Under the pieces are notes generated by a model, which was not told where the DNA came from, did no database searches, and saw nothing but the letters and a program-made list of their open reading frames with translations. From Octopus bimaculoides (lineage: Eukaryota), in contig NC_068984.1 in NCBI RefSeq assembly GCF_001194135.2, positions 57,682,334 through 57,732,243 of the forward strand: a stretch of DNA of 49,910 nucleotides, in the 5' to 3' direction. A program made the position numbers and the translations under genes. This document shows, one piece after another, positions 26,301 to 34,825 of the stretch (the first letter of the stretch is position 1; each line of letters opens with the position of its first letter).

Positions 26301-29300
26301 GGATACTGTTATTTTAACAAACAAAAGAAATTGTATTCAGTACTCGAAGCAGAATTTATATCTATAGCAAACATTTAATTATTTATTCTATTACTAGTTT
26401 CGCAATGACTTAGTGATTAGAGTATCCGGATAACAATCGTGAGGTCGTGAGTTCGATTCCCGGCGACACGTTGTGTCCTTGAGCGAAACACTTTATTTCA
26501 AGTTGCTCCAGTCCACTCAGCTGGTAAAATGTGTTGTACCTGAATTTCAAAGAACCAGCTTTGTCACATTCAGTTTCACGCTGAATGTCCCTGAGAATTG
26601 CGTTAAGGGTACACATATCTGTGAATTGTTCAGCCACTTGCACGTTAATTTCATGAGCAGACTGTTCCGTTGGCCGGATTTGAAGCCCTTGTTGTTGTAA
26701 CCGACGGAGTGTCTGAATCTATCAGCTAGTTTCGTGCAAAATGCGATCAGTCAGGTTACATTGGGGTGAATAGCTGCCTGTTGTTACAACTGTATAGGAA
26801 AAGCACTGATTTAACATACGATTACTGTAATAGAACTATATATATATATATATATNNNNNNNNNNNNNNNNNNNNNNNNNNNNNNNNNNNNGCCTTAATT
26901 ATGACATACTTTGAGAACGTGCAGAATAGTTGATTGAGTAATTGGGAAGGAATTCAAACCAGAATTAAAAGAGGCTGAAGTAGTGAACTAGAGACCTCAA
27001 TTTTTTTTCCTTCAATTCTGTTATGCAGTTTCACCACACTAAAAGAGGAAATAAGGATTTCTCCTAAGAATTACTCGGATGGGGTGGTTGAAAGTCACAT
27101 AGAAATTTTATCACTTGACTTTTACAAGAAGTTTTTTATTCATCCCCAGAAAGGTATTATTTTAACGATTAAAGACATATGTATTATTAAAAAAATTTAC
27201 ATCCATAAAAGAATATTGGAAACACTTTTTTCTATTTTATTTCAGGGAGGACTTGTGGCTATTATGCTGTGTTTCTTCAACAGCGAGGTAAGGATACATT
27301 CAAATATATATGTGTGTGTTTGTATACGTGTATATGTATATAATATATTTTCACGATTAAATAAAAGCAACGAACGGAAAATTTGACATACTGATAAATA
27401 TATAATTAAAAAAACGTGTACTGAATAAACAAACGAACATATACTAAATACACAGGCGAACAGTAAACACAAAAGGTCACCAACTCCTCCTCAGTTATCG
27501 GCCAGAGAGTCAAACGCTATTTCGACCATTATCGAAAATATTGCTTCCACTCTGGAGGCACCGGGACCAAAACATAAGGAAACGAGACAGGCTCGAGACG
27601 AGACCGTTAGTGGACGGGCGAGGGACAAAACAATAAACAGAAAAAGGCTTAAGGCCAGACGAAAACAATTAATAATAATAATAATAATAATACATATACA
27701 ACAAAAAAAAAGTTGTGGGGCTGTAAGACAGATAAGAGTGTGTATCGCAAAGGAGAAATGAAAAATGTCCTAAAGGACTACAGACACGAGAGGAGTAGAG
27801 GAGGAGCACAAAAAATCGCGACCGGTCCGGTCGAAGGCAACGCAAAAATGAATGACACCGCTTTAAGTCGTCACGGGTCACGTGATAGTGGGAGAAGACA
27901 GGAAGAGCCAGAGGGATTACAGAAACAGAGTAAGGTAACAGAGAGGGAAAGAGAGAAAGATATCTTTACCAGCAACTCTCGGGAGTGGCCATAGGAACGA
28001 GAGTGGGCACCAACTACGCGAACCTATTCGTTGGCTACGTTGAGGCCCAAATATTCTCAAGTTTCACTGGTCCCACTCTCGAACTATACGGTCGTTATAT
28101 TGACGACTGTATCGGTGCGACCTCATTCTCCCGCGAACAACGAGGCTCCTTCCTCTCTTTTGTCAAATCTTTCCATTCAGCCCTCCACTTCTCCTGCACT
28201 ATTTCCAACACATCCGTCGCCTTTCTCGACATTTCGGTCAGCACTCCACTCTCACCACTTCCATCCAATACAAACACACAGACGCACACTCATACCTCAA
28301 CTTCTCCTCCTCCCACCCTAAACATACTAAGCTCTCCATCCCCTATTCCAAATTCCTCCGTCTGCGCAACCTCTGCAGTAACAACCATGACTTTGAGATC
28401 AATCTCAACTCATGGCTCATCTCTTCATCCTACGTGGATATCCCCTCACCACTATCCACACTGCCCTTGCCAGAGCACTTCCGTGGACCGTGCATCTGCT
28501 CTCTCCCCTGCACCCGCCCCGCCGTCACCCGTCTCTCGTTTCTCCTCACCTACCACCTCTCCACCCTACCTCTCCAGTGCACCATTCTCCGAGCCTTCCG
28601 GCGATTCCAATCCGACCACTCCACTTCGCACACCTTCTCTAACCAAACCAAACCCTCCTTCAAACGAGCTTACAACCTACGTGACTTCCTAGTCCACAGT
28701 TTCTTCCCTAACCCAACCTTCCAGCCCGGCTCATTCCTCTGCTCCCGCCCACGCTGCCGCACTTGCCCTTACCTCTCCGATACCACCATCCTCATAGGCA
28801 CATGACTCTATCATATCACTGACTCCTTCACCTGCATTTCTAGCAGCGCCATCTACTGCATCTCCTGTTCTTTCTGTTTTTCTCTGTACATCGATCAAAC
28901 GAGACGCCGTTTGGCTGACCGGTTCGCGGAACACCTCCGAGACATCAGACTCGGCAACGACACCCCGGTCTCGCGCCATTTCCGCTCTACCGGTCATTCT
29001 TTACAACACCTGACTGTGTTCGGATTGTCTTCACACAGGGGCCATCCAGACTCCCGTCTTCACCGTGAACAGGAATTAATGTTCTCTCTTCGCTCCTTTG
29101 CGTCACATGGGCTCAACTCTCCTCCCCTCTTCATCTAACCCTTTCCTCTCACACCTACTTCCTCCCTTCACTCCCACCCACCTCTCCTCTCTTGCTCTGA
29201 CACCTATTTCCTCTCTTTACTCCAACCCACCTTCTCCTTCCACCCTCTTCCTTCATCGTCACCCCTCCATCGTTACCCCACCCCTACACATTCCAACACC

Positions 29301-30287
29301 ACCATCCCTATACATNNNNNNNNNNNNNNNNNNNNNNNNNNNNNNNNNNNNNNNNNNNNNNNNNNNNNNNNNNNNNNNNNNNNNNNNNNNNNNNNNNNNN
29401 NNNNNNNNNNNNNNNNNNNNNNNNNNNNNNNNNNNNNNNNNNNNNNNNNNNNNNNNNNNNNNNNNNNNNNNNNNNNNNNNNNNNNNNNNNNNNNNNNNNN
29501 NNNNNNNNNNNNNNNNNNNNNNNNNNNNNNNNNNNNNNNNNNNNNNNNNNNNNNNNNNNNNNNNNNNNNNNNNNNNNNNNNNNNNNNNNNNNNNNNNNNN
29601 NNNNNNNNNNNNNNNNNNNNNNNNNNNNNNNNNNNNNNNNNNNNNNNNNNNNNNNNNNNNNNNNNNNNNNNNNNNNNNNNNNNNNNNNNNNNNNNNNNNN
29701 NNNNNNNNNNNNNNNNNNNNNNNNNNNNNNNNNNNNNNNNNNNNNNNNNNNNNNNNNNNNNNNNNNNNNNNNNNNNNNNNNNNNNNNNNNNNNNNNNNNN
29801 NNNNNNNNNNNNNNNNNNNNNNNNNNNNNNNNNNNNNNNNNNNNNNNNNNNNNNNNNNNNNNNNNNNNNNNNNNNNNNNNNNNNNNNNNNNNNNNNNNNN
29901 NNNNNNNNNNNNNNNNNNNNNNNNNNNNNNNNNNNNNNNNNNNNNNNNNNNNNNNNNNNNNNNNNNNNNNNNNNNNNNNNNNNNNNNNNNNNNNNNNNNN
30001 NNNNNNNNNNNNNNNNNNNNNNNNNNNNNNNNNNNNNNNNNNNNNNNNNNNNNNNNNNNNNNNNNNNNNNNNNNNNNNNNNNNNNNNNNNNNNNNNNNNN
30101 NNNNNNNNNNNNNNNNNNNNNNNNNNNNNNNNNNNNNNNNNNNNNNNNNNNNNNNNNNNNNNNNNNNNNNNNNNNNNNNNNNNNNNNNNNNNNNNNNNNN
30201 NNNNNNNNNNNNNNNNNNNNNNNNNNNNNNNNNNNNNNNNNNNNNNNNNNNNNNNNNNNNNNNNNNNNNNNNNNNNNNNNNNNNNNN

Positions 30288-30345
<58 letters not shown>

Positions 30346-31215
30346 ACACAAATATAACATTGCAATTTTGCAATTCAACATGGGGCGTTCAATAAAATAC
30401 GCGACTGAAAATATCAATATGAAAATATTATCAAGTGGCTTGCAGAAAACCGGTAGTTTTTTTTTTTTCTTCTTTTAAGCCAACCAAGCTATTTATTGAA
30501 CTTGAAAGGACTGAAAAAAACCACTTGGATGTGCGAAAAGTATCTGTTCTGTTGAGAGAGAAAATGGCAGTTTCAACTTTGTCTATATATGACTCAATAT
30601 GATCCTTGTAAAAATAACAATATGATAAATGAGCCAAATTCACGCAGTTTTTTCTTTTTTTTTTTGCATCATTTGTGTACATTAACATGACAGTCACTGA
30701 TTTGTTACAATGGTGCCAAAGCCTGATGCTGTACGTGGTACTAAGTGTTTGAAGTGCTAAAACTCTTAATTATCTACAGGCACTTACTAAATTCATGTCT
30801 AAACGCGCTTATCACACCAAAATTTTATCTCACGCAAATACATCTTTTCAAATATTCAGACTTACATAACCCAGTCACGTCTACATTCACCACATTGCGT
30901 GATCATGTCTCCTTTCATTCTATAGTCTTTATTCTGTCTGCTATGACTAAGCATTCATGTACGTAACGTAAGCTTTCTCGGTGAATGTTGTGTACAAGGT
31001 CAGTTTGTCTATTCTTTTATTCGTGTCAATCATTTGACTGCGGCCATGCTGGAGCACTGCCTTTAAATCGAACAAATCGACCTAGGACTTATTCTTTGTA
31101 AGTCTAGTACTTATTCTATCGGTCTCTTCTGCCGAACCGCTAGGTTACGGGGGACATGAACACACCAGCATCGGTTGTCAAGCGATGTTGGGTAGACAAA
31201 CACAGATACACAAAC

Positions 31216-31263
<48 letters not shown>

Positions 31264-34200
31264 GACGGACTTCTTTCAAATTCCGTCTACCAAATCCACT
31301 CACAAGGCTTTGGTCGGCCCAAGGTTATAGTAGAAGACACTTGCCCATGGTGCCACGCAGTGGGACTGAACCCGGAACCATATGACTGAGAAGCAAGCTT
31401 CTTACCACACAGCCACTCCTGCGCCTATATTGTTTAACATGTGACTCTAAACTGGTCAATACAAAATAAGAACACAATTTTAGATGGAGTAGTGGTCTGT
31501 TTGTATTATGGTTGTGGAGCCATCTAAATATGACTCTCTTCAGAAGGCTGTAATATCATTTGACAGGAACGCAGTATAAAGAAATACATGGAACAAGACG
31601 GTAACTTTAAATACCTTTAATGTGGCCACACGTATATATACAAGCTGAATGATAAATAGAAATGGTTTGATGCGTGGAGGCCATGATCTTCTCCTGTGCG
31701 TTGCCTCCTGTCTGCTAGGCAGCCACCGTCAGGGGAGGTAACTGCGCTTACAGAGCCCCCTCTTAGACCTGAAGTGGTCGAATAAGAGTAATGTAGATGG
31801 AGTGGGAGTGCACTAGGAGAGCACGGAAGAATGAACCATGGCAAAATAGTTGTATGAACAATTGAAAAACTACAATGCAAGTATGAACAAGGAAAAACAT
31901 TCAGCAAAGAAAGGCGTCCAATCATATAGAACAAAATATATATGTACAATGATACAGAAAGAGAGAAAATATGAATGCGCTGTCTATAAGAACATAAGTC
32001 TATTCTCCGGAACAGTCACTGGCGAAACAAAATTAAGAAATATAAATAGTCTGAGACAGTCTCTTCGGCCAATGAACCGATCTGCCCGAACGTGTCCTGT
32101 AAGGTGAAGAATGCATTTGTGTAGTTGGTGATTTGGTGAGTGGAGGTGGTCTTTATGGGGGTGAGAGTGTTTATGGAATGATGGGCGTGTCAGGAAGTGG
32201 CATAAATGTTTCAGAAAAGGCTTATTTTACTCTGTCGATAGAGACGGTCTCGTTTTTTCCGCGAATGTCCACAGCGAATAGTTTTGGTGTGCTTCTAAGA
32301 ACGCGACAGGGTCCAGTGAAGGGAGGTGTGTGCGGTCCCTTGACGGTATCATTTCTCACAAACACGTGATTCCAAGTAGAAATATCCAGAGGTACTGCAG
32401 AAGAAATAGCCTGGTCGCGAGGAAGCATCGATGGCAGGTCAACAAAGAATAACCTAAGTCGCGTGACGTAAGATGTGGGGTCCGCATTCGGTAAGTTGAT
32501 GGGCGCCAACATTTGCCCAGAAAGGGCTAAGGTGGTGTCATAGAGGAGCTCAGTAGAGGAGTAGCCTAAGTCCTCCTTGATAGCTGAGCGGCACCCTAGC
32601 AGAGCAATAGGGAGAAACTCGGACCGACGATGAGGGTCAGGACCCGTGCGAATAGCGACTTTAAGTTGGCGGTGGAATCGTTCCACCATACCGTTCGCAG
32701 CGGGATGGTAACTGGTGGTGCGGATATGCTGAACTCCGAGCAATCTCAAAAGCTCACGGAACAGACAAGCTTCAAATTGGCGTCCACGGTCAGTAGTAAT
32801 TCTAGAGTGTACTCCGAAGCGAGATATCCACCCGGAGATGAGTGCTCTGGGTGAATGGCTTCAGGCCTTCTGGAGAAACGGTCGATTCAGGTCAATATAT
32901 AAGTAAATCCGCAACTGACCGGCCAAGGACCAACCAGGTCGATGTGTATGTGACGGAATCTGGTGTCCGGTGGCTGGAAGTGTCCAAGAGGTGCTCTCAC
33001 ATGACGATGCACCTTGGAACGCTGACATGGCAGACAGGCACGTGACCCAGCAGTAATAGACCGCCGCATATTCGGTCAGAAAAAGTGGGTCTAGATAAGC
33101 TTTACTATGATCGCAACGCCGGGGTGTGACAGTGAAAACAGTGCTTCAAAAACAGCACGACGGTTATGTTCAGGAATGAGGGGAAGGGTGACCCGGTAGA
33201 AACATCGCAGAGAATAGTTCCTTCAGAAAAAGGCAGAGGCAGGTGTTCAAACTTGCAGCAGGAAAACTGTGGTGAAAAGACGTCCAGATAGTCCAAGGAG
33301 GGTTGGTCAGTAGCCATAGCAACCAAATCAATCAAAGCAGGAGACGACAATGCACCGACAGGCAGGCGAGATAAGGCGTCGGCGGGGATGTTGTCAGTGC
33401 CAGCGATGTGACAAATGTCACTAGTGAACTGTGATATGTAGTCCAAATGCCTTATTTCTCTGTACGAGTACCAGTCCATTCTGGCAAAACAGGGCGACCG
33501 TTAGCGGTTTGTGGTTGGTGAAAATCATGAAATCTCTACCTTCAAGAAGATAAAAGAAATGCTTCACCGCCGGATAAATTGCTACGAGTTCTTTAACAAA
33601 CACTGTATCTCAATTCGGCTTTTTTCAGCTGGCGAGAAAAGAGGCTAATGGCTGGTTTCGGTTGTTGACAGATTGCTCTAAAACTGCGGCAATAGCGGAT
33701 GATGACGAGTCAACAATGAGTATCAATTTTGGATCCGCAATAGGATGAGCTAGGAAGGATGCTTGAGCAAAGTCAGATTTGACAGATTCAAATGCTTCGG
33801 TGGCTGTAGTAGACAGCATTATCTGGGAGTCTTTCTTGAGTTGATCTTTTAAGGGCTGGGTCAAGGGAAGCAACCTCTCCGCACTGTTAGGAATGAAACG
33901 ACGACAATAATTAAACCAATAAAATTTCTGAGCTGTTTTAAGGAAGCAGGAGGAGACAAGCGTTTGATGGCTTCCACTTTAGAGGGAAGCGGGCGAATAC
34001 CGTCAGCGTCAATGAGATGCCCCAAGAAATCCAAACTGGTAGAACTGAAGACACACTTAGCCGGGTTGATCTTCATAGGAACAGCTGACTCAAGTGCTAG
34101 AGGTGCTGGTCTGGAGTACCACTGGCGATTAAAAGGTCATCGACGTACGCGAAGACAAAATCTAACCCACGAACGACCTCATCAATGAACCTTTGGAACG

Positions 34201-34743
34201 TGCTGCCCGCATTACGAAGTCCAAACGCCTTAGACAAGCTATCACCATGCTCCAAAAGGAGTGGTGACAACTGTCTTTGGAATGTCGTCGGGGTTGATGG
34301 TACGCGCGCACCAAGTCGATTTTAGAAAGAATCTTACAGCCGTGCAAGGCAGATGAAAAACCCTGCACATTTGGAAGGGGATAGCGATCTGCGATAGTGA
34401 CAGTGTTAAGACGTCTAAAATCTCCAACCGGTCTAAAATCAGCTTCATTCTTTTTTGGCCATGTGTAAAGGTGATGGCCATGTGTAAAGGTGATGGCCAT
34501 GTGTAAAGGTGATGGCCATGTGTAAAGGTGATGCCCATGGGTTCGTGGAGGAACGGAGAAGGCCCAGTTGGAGCATGTGCTCGAATTCAGCCCGGGCGAT
34601 TCGGAGTTTCTCTGGAGACAAACGGCGCGGTCGGGAAAAGACTGGAGGTCCCTTCAAATCATGCCCGTGGGTATATGGCGTAGTGGTTAAGGGAGCGGGC
34701 TACTAACCCCAAGATTCCGAGTTCGATTCCAGGCAGTGACCTG

Positions 34744-34825
<82 letters not shown>

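Noticed and set aside
27488-27530. CTGAGGA and GAAA motifs on the minus strand upstream of the Neptune-like element
   Set aside because: No consistent stem I/II pairing in any hammerhead topology.
34672-34732. tRNA gene calls for the tRNA-like heads (also 26410, 31426, 43125)
   Set aside because: Only box A/B and partial arms; no acceptor-stem closure, and each is embedded in a repeat body, so they are SINE or pLTR heads.
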